This document shows, piece after piece, positions 39,163 to 48,502 of a DNA stretch of 64,000 nt. The notes under the pieces are model-generated. The model ran no database searches and was not told the origin of the DNA. It saw only the letters and a list, made by a program, of their open reading frames with translations. The stretch spans positions 3,008,001 through 3,072,000 of the forward strand of contig OZ251997.1 in the NCBI GenBank assembly GCA_965247095.1. Direction: 5' to 3'. Made by a program: the position numbers and the translations under genes. Origin of the DNA: Candidatus Multivorans sp. (GTDB lineage: Bacteria > Acidobacteriota > Thermoanaerobaculia > Multivoradales > Multivoraceae). Every line of letters begins with the position of its first letter. Within the stretch, counting starts at the first letter, position 1.

Positions 39163-40438
39163 CAGTGCTGTCCCACAAACTTCAGGCGAGCGCAAGTTGC
39201 GTTTGCGAGTTGGCCGTGTCCGGCGGTCCGTGAGTGGATTGGAAGAGCCCCAGGAGCGGTCTTCGCGCGAACAGGTTGAGTTGCAGGAGGCGCAGGATTT
39301 CGCTCATGGTCCAGGACATCTTGTTGGCGAACTTCAGGTAGGCGAGCAGGAGATGCACGCACATCGCGATCCAGATCTGGGTCATGACGGCATTGCGCGA
39401 AGTGCCGACGAAGCTCTTGATGCGCAGGTTCTGCTTGATCCACTTGAAGAAGGTCTCGATCTGCCAACGCTGCTTGTAGATGTTCGCGATGGTCTTCGGG
39501 ACGAGCTTGAAGTTGTTGGTCAGGAACGCGTAGAACTTCTTCGTGTCGGGGTCGCGATAGCCGACTCGACGCAGCGGAATCGGACACCGAGTGCGGCCTC
39601 TGACGCTGGTCAACTCGATGGTCTGGTCCGACGTCACGCCCGATCCAGGCGCGAACGACCGCCGCTCTCGAACCGCGTACTTGATCTTGCGCTTCAGCCG
39701 AGTGACCAGGAAAACCCCTTGTGCATCAAGGGATTTCAGCCACTCGAAGTCGAGGTACAGCCGGTCCGCAGCGACGATGCTTCCCTTCGGCAGACGAAGG
39801 GACCGCGCCACCTCAACGTCCGACCCCTTGCCGTCCGTGACTTGCAGGAACGCCGGCAGAAAGCCCTCGTGGTCCAGCCCCACGTGGAGCTTCAACGCCC
39901 CCTTCGTCTTGCGGTACTGCGCCCACGGAAACAGCTCCAGGCACAGGTCTACGTACGTGGCATCGAGCGAGAACAGCTTGTTGCGGAACCGGAACCCGTG
40001 CCCAGGCGCCGTCTTCCGGCATCGAGCCAGCAAACGACCGAACAACGCCTCGTAGAGACCGGAGGGCTGCTTCTCGTTCACCCGAGCCAGCGACGTTCGG
40101 GCCACCCGCCGAGCGCCGAGGTGATAGAGCTTCTCAGCCTGCGCGTCGAGATTCGACACGATGTCGCGAAGGCTGCATCGTCCCGAGAGCTGCGCCGTCG
40201 CCATCGCCACGAACTGGCTCCACCGGCTCATCGAACGCAGCTTGCGTCCCCTGTGGTGCCGCACGGCCTCCCGCTCGAACTCATGTCTCGACACCAACTT
40301 GAGGAACTGTCCGAGTACGGTACCATTGTGCGCCATGGGTCTGGATCTCCTTGCCGGCATTGGCGTTGTTGTGAAAACCAATCATACGACAAGGCTCGGT
40401 CCAGACCCATATTCATCCATGTTTGTGGGACAGCACTG
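39163..40438 (-). mobile_element. IS4-family insertion sequence with 9-bp target duplication
   Basis: Perfect 18-bp IRs CAGTGCTGTCCCACAAAC / GTTTGTGGGACAGCACTG; direct repeat GTTTTCAGT at 39154-39162 and 40439-40447. Confidence 0.95.
39182..40336 (-). CDS. IS4-family transposase (DUF4372 + DDE)
   Basis: W.QFVAM..AQL....SLRDI, DAT..DL...FPWA.YR..KG..KLH, DR.Y.D, Y..RWQIE.FFKWIKQNL.IK.F.GTS.NAV; likely ATG at 40336 after GGAGA. Confidence 0.93.
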   Translation of the reverse strand: MAHNGTVLGQFLKLVSRHEFEREAVRHHRGRKLRSMSRWSQFVAMATAQLSGRCSLRDIVSNLDAQAEKLYHLGARRVARTSLARVNEKQPSGLYEALFGRLLARCRKTAPGHGFRFRNKLFSLDATYVDLCLELFPWAQYRKTKGALKLHVGLDHEGFLPAFLQVTDGKGSDVEVARSLRLPKGSIVAADRLYLDFEWLKSLDAQGVFLVTRLKRKIKYAVRERRSFAPGSGVTSDQTIELTSVRGRTRCPIPLRRVGYRDPDTKKFYAFLTNNFKLVPKTIANIYKQRWQIETFFKWIKQNLRIKSFVGTSRNAVMTQIWIAMCVHLLLAYLKFANKMSWTMSEILRLLQLNLFARRPLLGLFQSTHGPPDTANSQTQLALA

Positions 40439-40721
40439 GTTTTCAGTACTTTGCGAGCGATCCCATACTTGTTCACGGCGGCTTGTTGAAGATTGCCGTG
40501 TTGCGTCAACTCTCCGGGTCGACCATGTACTCAAGGAACGTGGCGCCGAAGTACGCCATGCTGGTCAGAGGCTCCTTGCCCTTGCGATAGCCGAGAAATC
40601 GTTCGAGGACCTCGCACGCGAATGGGCTGTGCAGGATCGAAGTCACGATCGGAAGCGCGGACGTGCCGACAACTCCTCGGGTCGCGGTTCCCGTCAGATA
40701 GCCGGGCGGGATAAGCGGCCG

Positions 40722-42650
40722 TTAGTGCGTCGCGTCGCGCATGAAGCGCGGCATGATCGAGTGGTCGCCGCGGATCATCTCCGACATCTCGGCGAGATCG
40801 TCAGCGAAAGTACTGCGGGTGACCGTCAGGTAGCGCCAAGCCGAGAACCATCCGCTCTGTTCCCGAATGCTCGCGGTCGACTGGGATGCCGACCACTCGG
40901 CGGCATCGGTGTTGCCCACGGCCCACTGAGCCAGAGCCAGACATTGGTGGTAGTTCGCATTTGGCTCTTTCCTGGGCTCGGAATGGTCAAGTTCGACTAC
41001 TCTGGCGAATGGCTCAGAAGAAATCTCTTGTTGCTCAGCCCAGCAGGCCATACCGTAGTTGAACGCGGACTGGATTTGCATGTCTTCCAACCTGGCCTCT
41101 TGGCACCGGATGACGGCCAGTGCTTCTGAGAAGCGCCGTAGTGCCAGAAGAGTCAAGACAAGACCTTGCCGGGCCATGCTCAGTTCCTCTTGCTTGAGGT
41201 CTGACTCTCTCAACAGGGACTGAAGAACCGTGGCGGCGACGTTGGCTTCCTCACGGCTTCGCGTCAAGTTGTTGGCCAAGGAGATCTTCCCGACGTTCGG
41301 TAGTTGCTCCATTGCGGGCGAGCCTGGTACGAAATTCAGGTGTTCTGGGAGTAGCATCAAGAGCGCACGCCTCAGATCACCGTATGAAGCGGAATGAACG
41401 CTAAGAACAGCGAGAGCGTCCTGGCTAGCCCCCTCACGGTCGTTGAACTGTGCTCGGCGGAGTTCGCCTCGTGCAAGGTGGACAGCTGCCTCGCTGTAGC
41501 CAACGTCGATGGACCGGTCGAACAAGTCAATGGAGTTCTCTGGGCCGTCGTAGTCCAGCTTCCCAAGCCGGAACAGCACCTCTCCATCGGTGGAATGATG
41601 TGTTTGGATTCGGTTCAGTCGATTCTTTAGTGTCTCTAGCTGCTCTGAACCACCAGGAAGGCGGAAGACTGCTCGTCGCCGTTCCAGCCACTCAATGTAG
41701 TCGAGTGCCCCGGCGCGGTCTTCGGGATTCGCACGGGCGAGCTCTGACACTAGAGTCCGGTACTCGCGAGCGAGGCGGCTCCGCGGGCGGTCCTTCGTGA
41801 AAACCGTCTGGTTTAGTAGAGATAGACTGTTGTATCGATGGATTGCGAGGGGTTCTCGGCGGAACCCGAGGCTTCCCTGGAAGGACGCGATGATGTTCTC
41901 GAGGATCGCAGCCTCGTCGTCGAGGTCTGGTACGTTCGACAGAACGAAATGAAGGTCGATCGCCTTGTGGCGGGGTCCACTCTCCTCCGCACGAATGTCG
42001 CTAACGACCTTCTTGAGACCCCTTAGGTTCTGTTGATTGGGGAAGAACAGGAGTACGACGGCGTCCGGGAGCTGTCGCGTACAAATGCCGCCGACGTCTG
42101 TGTAGCCTGTGCGGGAATCGATAAGGACGTAGTCGGGGTTCAGGTCGGCTCGCCACTGTTCCTTCAGGTCCTCGAACAGTAGGTACCCGTCGAAGTGCTC
42201 GTAGAGAAGGCCCCAGTCGATCCTGTTTAGTCTATTAGCGTAGCTCTGGTCTTGGGATCCGGACGGCATGATCCAGAGGCTACCTTGCGGGCTTGAAGGA
42301 CCACCATGGCCCTCGAGATCCAGGGGGTCTTGGTCAGTCGAGAGCGGCTCAGCATCCTGCTGTGCGGGCTGTGTTGCCTTCCGCTTCCAGCAGTACTCGG
42401 GCGCTTCGAAACGGAACTCTTTGGCGTCCGGTGCCTGATTAGTTGATAGGTACGATTCGACAAAGTCGACCATCCCGGGTGTCGACCCGGCCTTGGGGCC
42501 GAGACTGAAAGTGTCGAGGCCCGGTGCCTCTAGATCAAAGTCGACGGCGAGAACTCGCGAGCCCCTGTTGGCTAGCTCGACGGCGACGTTGACAAGGGCC
42601 ATCGTGCGGCCCACTCCTCCTTTGAAGGAGTAGAAGGTCGTGATGTACAT
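40722..42650 (-). CDS. ParA/MinD-like ATPase with deviant KGGVGR Walker A, fused to a C-terminal TPR-like helical region
   Basis: TFYSFKGGVGRTMALVNVA, VDFDLEAPGL, DYVLIDSRTG.TD..GICT.QLPD.VV; C-terminal half with TPR-like patterns (VLFRLG.L, A.VHLARG, AFNYGMA.W, NYHQCLALA.W..G). Confidence 0.85.
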   Translation of the reverse strand: MYITTFYSFKGGVGRTMALVNVAVELANRGSRVLAVDFDLEAPGLDTFSLGPKAGSTPGMVDFVESYLSTNQAPDAKEFRFEAPEYCWKRKATQPAQQDAEPLSTDQDPLDLEGHGGPSSPQGSLWIMPSGSQDQSYANRLNRIDWGLLYEHFDGYLLFEDLKEQWRADLNPDYVLIDSRTGYTDVGGICTRQLPDAVVLLFFPNQQNLRGLKKVVSDIRAEESGPRHKAIDLHFVLSNVPDLDDEAAILENIIASFQGSLGFRREPLAIHRYNSLSLLNQTVFTKDRPRSRLAREYRTLVSELARANPEDRAGALDYIEWLERRRAVFRLPGGSEQLETLKNRLNRIQTHHSTDGEVLFRLGKLDYDGPENSIDLFDRSIDVGYSEAAVHLARGELRRAQFNDREGASQDALAVLSVHSASYGDLRRALLMLLPEHLNFVPGSPAMEQLPNVGKISLANNLTRSREEANVAATVLQSLLRESDLKQEELSMARQGLVLTLLALRRFSEALAVIRCQEARLEDMQIQSAFNYGMACWAEQQEISSEPFARVVELDHSEPRKEPNANYHQCLALAQWAVGNTDAAEWSASQSTASIREQSGWFSAWRYLTVTRSTFADDLAEMSEMIRGDHSIMPRFMRDATH

Positions 42651-42656
42651 CTGCCG

Positions 42657-43226
42657 CTAGGCAGCCACAGGCCGCAGCAGGAATCCGGCCTGCCCGGCCT
42701 GGAGAGCATCCGGCTGCTTGAGGCGACGGAATCTGGGCGGACCGGTGGGACCTGAGGCCTCTGAGGATGGGCGCGCGCTTAGTGCCGCCACCAGCTTCCC
42801 GAGCATGGCCCAGCCTAGGTCGGTGCCGAGCAGCCGCAGGTAGTGGTCATTGGCGCGGTTTTGGGCGACGGCGCCGGTTTCCCAGCGCTTGATGGTGGCT
42901 TCGCCGAGCCCCGTGATCTGCGCGAATGCTGTGCGGCTCAGCTTCCGACGTTCGCGGATCGTTCGGATCTGCCAAGGAGTCAACAGGCCGTGGTAGCGGT
43001 AGATAGCCTCGGTCTCGATTCGCGCTCCTACGTGGTCGACGAACTGGAGGTCGCAGTCGGAACATGCCCTGACGGGCATCGTGATGGCGATCTCGCGGTC
43101 GCCGAACTCGACCGTGTCGTCTTCGATCGACGTCGTCGCGGGCCCTTCGCACCTAGGGCAGATCGCCGTGGTGCGGCTTGGGTCGTCCGCCGCCACTTCG
43201 TCCTTGGGCCTTCTGTAGTCGATCAT
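42657..43226 (-). CDS. MqsA-family antitoxin (zinc ribbon + XRE HTH) with a C-terminal extension
   Basis: CPRC...CSDC zinc ribbon; LLTP.QIR.IRE...LS...FA...GLGEATI.RWE.G...Q..AND..LRLL. Confidence 0.88.
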   Translation of the reverse strand: MIDYRRPKDEVAADDPSRTTAICPRCEGPATTSIEDDTVEFGDREIAITMPVRACSDCDLQFVDHVGARIETEAIYRYHGLLTPWQIRTIRERRKLSRTAFAQITGLGEATIKRWETGAVAQNRANDHYLRLLGTDLGWAMLGKLVAALSARPSSEASGPTGPPRFRRLKQPDALQAGQAGFLLRPVAA

Positions 43227-43274
43227 CGTGCTGTCCTCCGGTTTAGCGTTTCGTTCGCGTTGTCAGCGGGCAAA

Positions 43275-43637
43275 CTAGTAGTGGAAGCTGCGGCCGTGGA
43301 CCAATCGTCGATTCCTGCTCAGCTCCAGCTTCACATACAGTGTCTGTGGGTTTCCCTCTAGTTCCACCTTGAGCACGTAACCGACTCGGGCGGGCGGTTC
43401 ATCGAGCGGAACGATCTCTACAGGGTGACCTTCCTCCAGCTTCTCGGCCACGAAGTCCCACGCCGAATGGCGCGTGAAGGTAGGGAAAAAGCCGCCTCTT
43501 GGATCGCGGACTGTCGTTGGTCGCCACTCCGTAGGTCGCTTTCGAGTCCATGTGTCATCTCGAGTCCTCTCGGAACGGGCCAACTTGGCCAGCAGCCTCC
43601 GGGTTTCTCGGTCGATCTGGTCTCCAGGCACGGCCAT
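43275..43637 (-). CDS. Putative MqsR/RelE-like toxin
   Basis: 120-aa basic ORF directly upstream of the MqsA-like gene; C-terminus LYVKL.L....V..RSFHY resembles the MqsR-type 'Y.K...SFH' end. Confidence 0.7.
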   Translation of the reverse strand: MAVPGDQIDRETRRLLAKLARSERTRDDTWTRKRPTEWRPTTVRDPRGGFFPTFTRHSAWDFVAEKLEEGHPVEIVPLDEPPARVGYVLKVELEGNPQTLYVKLELSRNRRLVHGRSFHY

Positions 43638-43665
43638 CGGTTGCCCTACGGCCAGCGCATGGAGG

Positions 43666-43695
43666 ATCGTATGATCCCTATGGAGAACTTGTCAA
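43666..43695 (-). promoter_or_regulatory. Sigma70-type promoter of the toxin operon
   Basis: Minus-strand TTGACA (43695-43690), 18-nt spacer, TACGAT (43671-43666); 8-bp inverted repeat ATGATCCC (43671-43678) / GGGATCAT (43716-43723) as candidate operator. Confidence 0.6.
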
Positions 43696-43763
43696 GCTTG
43701 TCGGGGTCGTGGCAGGGGATCATGTGATCCGATCCTCGCGTCGGCTTAGTGGAAGGCGGGATG

Positions 43764-43779
43764 ACACACACACACACAC
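43764..43779. repeat. (AC)8 dinucleotide microsatellite
   Basis: ACACACACACACACAC in the coxM-toxin intergenic region. Confidence 0.85.
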
Positions 43780-43842
43780 CACGGGTTGCCGATGCAGCAC
43801 GCCGGCGTCTCGTACCGGTGGTTCCCCCAGGACTTGCGCGCC

Positions 43843-44694
43843 CTACGAGGCCCGGTCGCGAGCCGCCGCTAGCGCGCGCTTGCCGTAGACCTTGCCGACG
43901 TGGACGCGGTAGTCGCCGGAGGCGAAGATGTCGCCGATCGGGTCTTCGGTGTCGAGGCCGGCAGCGGCTGCTGCGATCGCTTCGTCGGAGAGATCGCTGC
44001 CGACGAGGGAGGACACGTCGACCGCGGTCGGCACGGCGCCGACTCCGCCGACGACGAGGCCGGCTGCGGTGCAGCGGCCGTGATGGACGGTGACGGAAGC
44101 CGCGGCGCCGACGACGGCGTAGCCGGAGGCCGGGTGCTCGAACTTGAGGTAGGCGGCGCCGGTGCCGGCGCCCAGGGCGGGGACGTCGACGTGGGTCAGG
44201 ATCTCGTCCTCACCGACGTCGGTCATGAGCAGGTCCTGGAAGAAGTCGCCGGCGGCGACGGAGCGGGTGCCGGACGGGGACTGCAGGTGGACCTGAGCGC
44301 CGAGCAGGACGAGCACCGGCGGCAGGTCGGAGCCGGGGTCGGCGTGGGCGATGTTGCCGCCGATCGTGCCGCGGTTGCGGACCTGGGCGTCGCCGATGTG
44401 GCCAGCCGCTTCGGCGAGGACCGGGCAACGGGCGGCGAGCAGGTCGGAGGCCGCGATCTCGGCGTGGGTGGTCAGGGCGCCGATCCGGACCGAGCCGTTC
44501 GCGGCGGAGATCCCCTTCAGTTCGTCGAGGCGGCCGATGTCGATGACCACGGGCGGCTGCGCGAGGCGCAGCTTCATCATCGGGATCAGGCTGTGGCCGC
44601 CGGCCATCAGCTTGGCGTCTTCGTGCTCCTGCAGCAGGCCGAGTGCTTCATCGACCGATCCGGCGCGGCGGTAATCGAATTGGGCTGGGTACAT
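43843..44694 (-). CDS. coxM: Molybdenum hydroxylase FAD subunit (CoxM/CutM-like)
   Basis: MYPA.FDY, AGGHSL.PMMKLRL, IGA.TTH, IGD.QVRNRGTIGGN.AHADP.SD. Confidence 0.92.
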   Translation of the reverse strand: MYPAQFDYRRAGSVDEALGLLQEHEDAKLMAGGHSLIPMMKLRLAQPPVVIDIGRLDELKGISAANGSVRIGALTTHAEIAASDLLAARCPVLAEAAGHIGDAQVRNRGTIGGNIAHADPGSDLPPVLVLLGAQVHLQSPSGTRSVAAGDFFQDLLMTDVGEDEILTHVDVPALGAGTGAAYLKFEHPASGYAVVGAAASVTVHHGRCTAAGLVVGGVGAVPTAVDVSSLVGSDLSDEAIAAAAAGLDTEDPIGDIFASGDYRVHVGKVYGKRALAAARDRAS

Positions 44695-44852
44695 ATCGGT
44701 GCTCCTGATTCGGCAGCTTCGGTGGTTCGGCTGCGGAGTCTAGAAGACTGCGCGACAGAACGATACGAAGTGAGGTCGGTCGTGCAGCATTCTAGTGAGG
44801 TGGGGATGGGGCCAAACTCCGAGTCAGCGAGGCGTTTGGCGGCGCTAGGCGG

Positions 44853-47207
44853 TTATCCGGCGTTCACGGCCCGCCACACCTTCTCGGGCGTGAGCGGCAT
44901 GTCGATGTGAGTGACGCCGAACGGCGCCAGCGCGTCGACGACGGCGTTGACCACGGCCGGGGGCGAGGCGATGGCGCCGGCTTCGCCGACGCCCTTGACC
45001 CCCAGCGGATTGTGCGGGCAGGGCGTGGTCGTGCGGTCGAGTTCGAACGGGATCAGGTTGTGGATCTTGGGCAGCGCGTAGTCCATCAACGAGCCCGTGA
45101 CGAGTTGTCCGCTCTCGTCGTAGACCGCGTTCTCCCACAGCGCCTGCCCGATGCCCTGGGCCAAACCCCCGTGGAGCTGCCCGTCGACGATCATCGGGTT
45201 GATCACGTTGCCGACGTCGTCGACCGCGGCGTAGCGCAGCAGTTCGATGGCGCCGGTCTCCGTGTCGACCTCCACCACACAGATGTGGGTGCCGAACGGA
45301 TAGGTGAAGTTGGCGGGGTCGTAGAACGTGGTGGCGGAGAGGCCCGGTTCCAGGTCGTCGGGGTAGTTGTGCGCCAGGTACGCCTGGAGCGCCACGTCGC
45401 CGAGACCGAGCGCGCGGTCGGGCGAGCCGGCGACCCGGAAACTGCCGTCCTCGTACTCGAGGTCCTCGGCGGATGCTTCGAGCAGGTGGGCGGCGATCTT
45501 CTTGCCCTTCTCGATGATCTTGTCGACGCTCCCCGCGATCGCCGAGCCGCCGACGGCGGCGCTGCGGCTGCCGTAGGTGCCCATGCCGAACTGGACCAGG
45601 TCGGTGTCGCCGTGGATGACCTCGACCGCCTCCGGAGCGACGCCGAGCCGGTCGGCGACGATCTGGGAGAACGTCGTCTCGTGGCCCTGGCCGTGGGACG
45701 AGGAGCCGGTGTAGACGGTGACGGAACCGGTGGGGTGGACGCGCACGTCGGCGCTCTCCCACAGTCCGGCCTGAGCGCCGAGCGAGCCGACGACCGCCGA
45801 GGGCGCGAGGCCGCAGGCCTCGATGTAGGACGAGAAACCGATCCCTAGCTGCCGGCGGCCGTTGCCGTTGGCGCGGCGGGACGCCTGCTCGCGGCGCAGG
45901 TCGTCGTAGCCGACCATCTCGAGCGCGCGGTCCATCGCCGGCGCGTAGTTGCCCGAGTCGTACGCGAGCGCGACCTGGGTCTGGTACGGGAAGGCGTCCG
46001 GCGGCACGAAGTTCCGCTTGCGAACTTCGACCGGCCCCAGACCAGTCGCGTCGCCGGCGAGGTGCATCAGCCGCTCGACGACGAAGGTCGCTTCCGGGCG
46101 TCCGGCGCCGCGGTAGGCGTCGACGGGCGCGGTGTGGGTGAAGACGCCGGTGACGTGGCAGTGGATCGCCGGGATGTCGTACTGGCCGGACATCAGCGTG
46201 CCGTAGAGACAGGTCGGCACGGAGGGCGCGAAGGTCGAGAGGTAGGCGCCCATGGCGGCCTTGGTGTCGACCCGCAGGCCGATGATGCGGCCGTCGCCGT
46301 CGAACGCCATTGCGCAGTGGGTCGAGTGGTCGCGGCCGTGGGCGTCGGTGAGGTTCGTCTCGGTGCGCGTCGCGGCCCACTTCACCGGGCGGTCGAGCTT
46401 CATCGAGCACAGGCCCACGATCGCCTCGTCGGCGTAGTGGTGGATCTTGCTGCCGAAGCCGCCGCCGACCTCGGGCGCGACGATCCGCACCTTGTGCTCG
46501 GGCATGCCGAGCGACGCGAGCGTCATCAGCAGGCGATGGACGTGCGGATTCTGGGTCGTCATGTGGATCGTCATGTGGCCGGTCGACGAGTCGTAGGAGG
46601 CGAGCACCGCGCGTGCCTCGATCGCGTGAGGGATGAGCCGGTTGTTGCGGAGATCGAGCTCCACCGTCTGGGCGGCCTGCGCGAAGGCGGCGTCGACCGC
46701 ATCCTTGTCGCCGATCTCCCAGTCGAAGGCGACGTTGCCGGGCGCGTCCTCGTGGACGGTGGGCGCTCCGTCCTCGAGCGCGGCGACGACATCGGCCACC
46801 GCGTCGAGCGGTTCATAGTCGACCGCGACCCGGTCGGCGGCGTCGCGGGCGATGTAGCGGTCCTCAGCCACGACCACGGCCACCGCGTCGCCGACGTGGC
46901 GGACGGTGTCGACCGCGATCATCGGATGGGCGGGCGTCTTGAGGCCGGGCAGGAGCCAGCCCACGGGGACCACGCCGGGAATGCCGGCCGCCGCGACGTC
47001 GCGGGCCGTGAGCACGGCGAGGACGCAGGGATATGCCTCCGCGGCGGAGGTGTCGATGCCGCGGATCCGGGCGTGGGCGTAGGGGCTGCGCACCATCGCG
47101 GCGTGCGTCATGCCTTCGACCTTCAGGTCGTCGGTGTACTTGCCGCGGCCGGTGATGAGGGCCGGGTCCTCCCGGCGCTTGATCGAGGTGCCGAGTACGC
47201 GCGCCAT
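44853..47207 (-). CDS. coxL: Molybdenum hydroxylase large subunit (form II CoxL-like, xanthine dehydrogenase family)
   Basis: [18 protein letters not shown], active-site loop AYRGAGR, GQGHET, GTYGSRS, GQ.HGG.AQG.G, KGVGE. Confidence 0.92.
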   Translation of the reverse strand: MARVLGTSIKRREDPALITGRGKYTDDLKVEGMTHAAMVRSPYAHARIRGIDTSAAEAYPCVLAVLTARDVAAAGIPGVVPVGWLLPGLKTPAHPMIAVDTVRHVGDAVAVVVAEDRYIARDAADRVAVDYEPLDAVADVVAALEDGAPTVHEDAPGNVAFDWEIGDKDAVDAAFAQAAQTVELDLRNNRLIPHAIEARAVLASYDSSTGHMTIHMTTQNPHVHRLLMTLASLGMPEHKVRIVAPEVGGGFGSKIHHYADEAIVGLCSMKLDRPVKWAATRTETNLTDAHGRDHSTHCAMAFDGDGRIIGLRVDTKAAMGAYLSTFAPSVPTCLYGTLMSGQYDIPAIHCHVTGVFTHTAPVDAYRGAGRPEATFVVERLMHLAGDATGLGPVEVRKRNFVPPDAFPYQTQVALAYDSGNYAPAMDRALEMVGYDDLRREQASRRANGNGRRQLGIGFSSYIEACGLAPSAVVGSLGAQAGLWESADVRVHPTGSVTVYTGSSSHGQGHETTFSQIVADRLGVAPEAVEVIHGDTDLVQFGMGTYGSRSAAVGGSAIAGSVDKIIEKGKKIAAHLLEASAEDLEYEDGSFRVAGSPDRALGLGDVALQAYLAHNYPDDLEPGLSATTFYDPANFTYPFGTHICVVEVDTETGAIELLRYAAVDDVGNVINPMIVDGQLHGGLAQGIGQALWENAVYDESGQLVTGSLMDYALPKIHNLIPFELDRTTTPCPHNPLGVKGVGEAGAIASPPAVVNAVVDALAPFGVTHIDMPLTPEKVWRAVNAG

Positions 47208-47208
47208 C

Positions 47209-47676
47209 TCAGCTCATCCTCTCGGCGGCGTACTTCACGGCCTCCACGATGTTGTGGTAGCCGGTGCATCGGCAGATGTTGCCCTTCAGCCCCTCGCGGA
47301 TCTCCTCGTCGCTCGGGCTCGGGTTCTGCGCCAGCAGGTAGTTCGCGGACAGGATCATGCCCGGTGTGCAGTAGCCGCACTGCAGGCCGTGCTTCTCCCA
47401 GAAGGCGTCCTGCAGGGGATGCAACTCGCCGTTCTGGGCCAGGCCCTCGATTGTCTGGACCGCCGCGCCGTCCGCCTGTACCGCAAGCACGGTGCAGGAC
47501 TTGACCGCCTGGCCGTCGATCAGAATCGTGCAGGCGCCGCAGAGACTGGTCTCGCAGCCGATGTTGGCGCCCGTGAGGCCCAGATCTTCCCGCAGGAAGT
47601 GGACCAGCAGGCGCCGCGGCTCGACCTCGGCCTGTACCGCCTTGCCGTTGACTTCGAGTTGTATGGACACGGTCAT
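47209..47676 (-). CDS. coxS: Molybdenum hydroxylase [2Fe-2S] subunit (CoxS-like)
   Basis: GC.TS.CGACT...[22 protein letters not shown]; AGGA..GAG upstream of ATG 47676. Confidence 0.94.
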   Translation of the reverse strand: MTVSIQLEVNGKAVQAEVEPRRLLVHFLREDLGLTGANIGCETSLCGACTILIDGQAVKSCTVLAVQADGAAVQTIEGLAQNGELHPLQDAFWEKHGLQCGYCTPGMILSANYLLAQNPSPSDEEIREGLKGNICRCTGYHNIVEAVKYAAERMS

Positions 47677-47782
47677 CTCTGGAGTGTCTCCTTTCCTGGG
47701 CTGCTTTGGCGAGGATAGATCACGATCGCCTACCCTGATGGACGAAGGTGTGGAATTGGACGAAGCATTGATCGTGATCCTC

Positions 47783-48385
47783 CTACGAGCAAGCGCGAAG
47801 TGAAACGGCGATGGCGGCAAGAACGATCAGGGCGCCGCCGGCAAGGTATGGCCAGAGTTCCTTGGCCAGACCGGCAGCGAACCGGCCGGCGAAGGCGGCC
47901 TGGGACGGCGTTTCGGCACCGGCAGCCGCCGCCGCTGCAGCCGCTCGCGCCTCGAGCTGCCTGTCCAGGCCCTGGAGGCCCTGGCGGGTCAACACCTTGG
48001 CCGAGCTGTCGAGCAGCCGCTGGCCGACCGCGGCGATGCGGCCACCGACCCGGGCGTCGATGTCGTAGTGGAGCATAGTGCCGCCGTCTTCGGAGTCCTC
48101 GAGGCGAATGGAGCCGGTACCGGTGACGAAGCCCGGCGCCCCCTTGCCGTCCATCTTCAGGTTGTAGCCGTTCTGTGGGTCGAGGTCGAGAAGTTCGACG
48201 CCGCCCTCGAACAGCCCCTGCACGGGGCCGACCTTCATCTTCAGCTTGCCGCGAAACTGGTTGTTTCCGACCGGCGCCATGTCCTCGCAGCCGGGCAGGG
48301 TGCGAGACAGGACCTCCGGGTCGAGGATCGCTTCCCAGACGACATCGCGCGGCACGGCGAGGGCGTGCTTGCCTGTGATCTTCAC
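47783..48385 (-). CDS. coxG: CoxG (SRPBCC/START fold) with C-terminal membrane anchor
   Basis: VW..ILDP.VL...LPGCE, KVGPV.G.F.G, VGG.IA.VGQRL; hydrophobic C-terminus. Confidence 0.88.
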   Translation of the reverse strand: MKITGKHALAVPRDVVWEAILDPEVLSRTLPGCEDMAPVGNNQFRGKLKMKVGPVQGLFEGGVELLDLDPQNGYNLKMDGKGAPGFVTGTGSIRLEDSEDGGTMLHYDIDARVGGRIAAVGQRLLDSSAKVLTRQGLQGLDRQLEARAAAAAAAAGAETPSQAAFAGRFAAGLAKELWPYLAGGALIVLAAIAVSLRACS

Positions 48386-48502
48386 GTTCCGTGGCGGCGG
48401 GACCGGCTGCCTGACAGCGAACCGCGATGGGAAGTGGGCGCGACAGTGAACATGAGCGCGAGCAGAGGGAGATCTACCACAGGCGCGGGGCTGTTTGGGC
48501 CG

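Larger units (their letters stand above)
38956..40720 (-). pseudogene. Decayed hypothetical gene, frameshifted and split by IS4
   Basis: Removing IS4 joins protein-like segments RFLGYRKGKEPLTSMAYF..., AAVNKYGIARKVLKTI and LSKAGGTYARKAAG...FLTETIKRIILRVAE, which lie in different frames. Confidence 0.55.

Noticed and set aside
44853-47207. True aerobic CO dehydrogenase
   Set aside because: The active-site loop is AYRGAGR (form II), not AYXCSFR, and the gene order is S-L-M.
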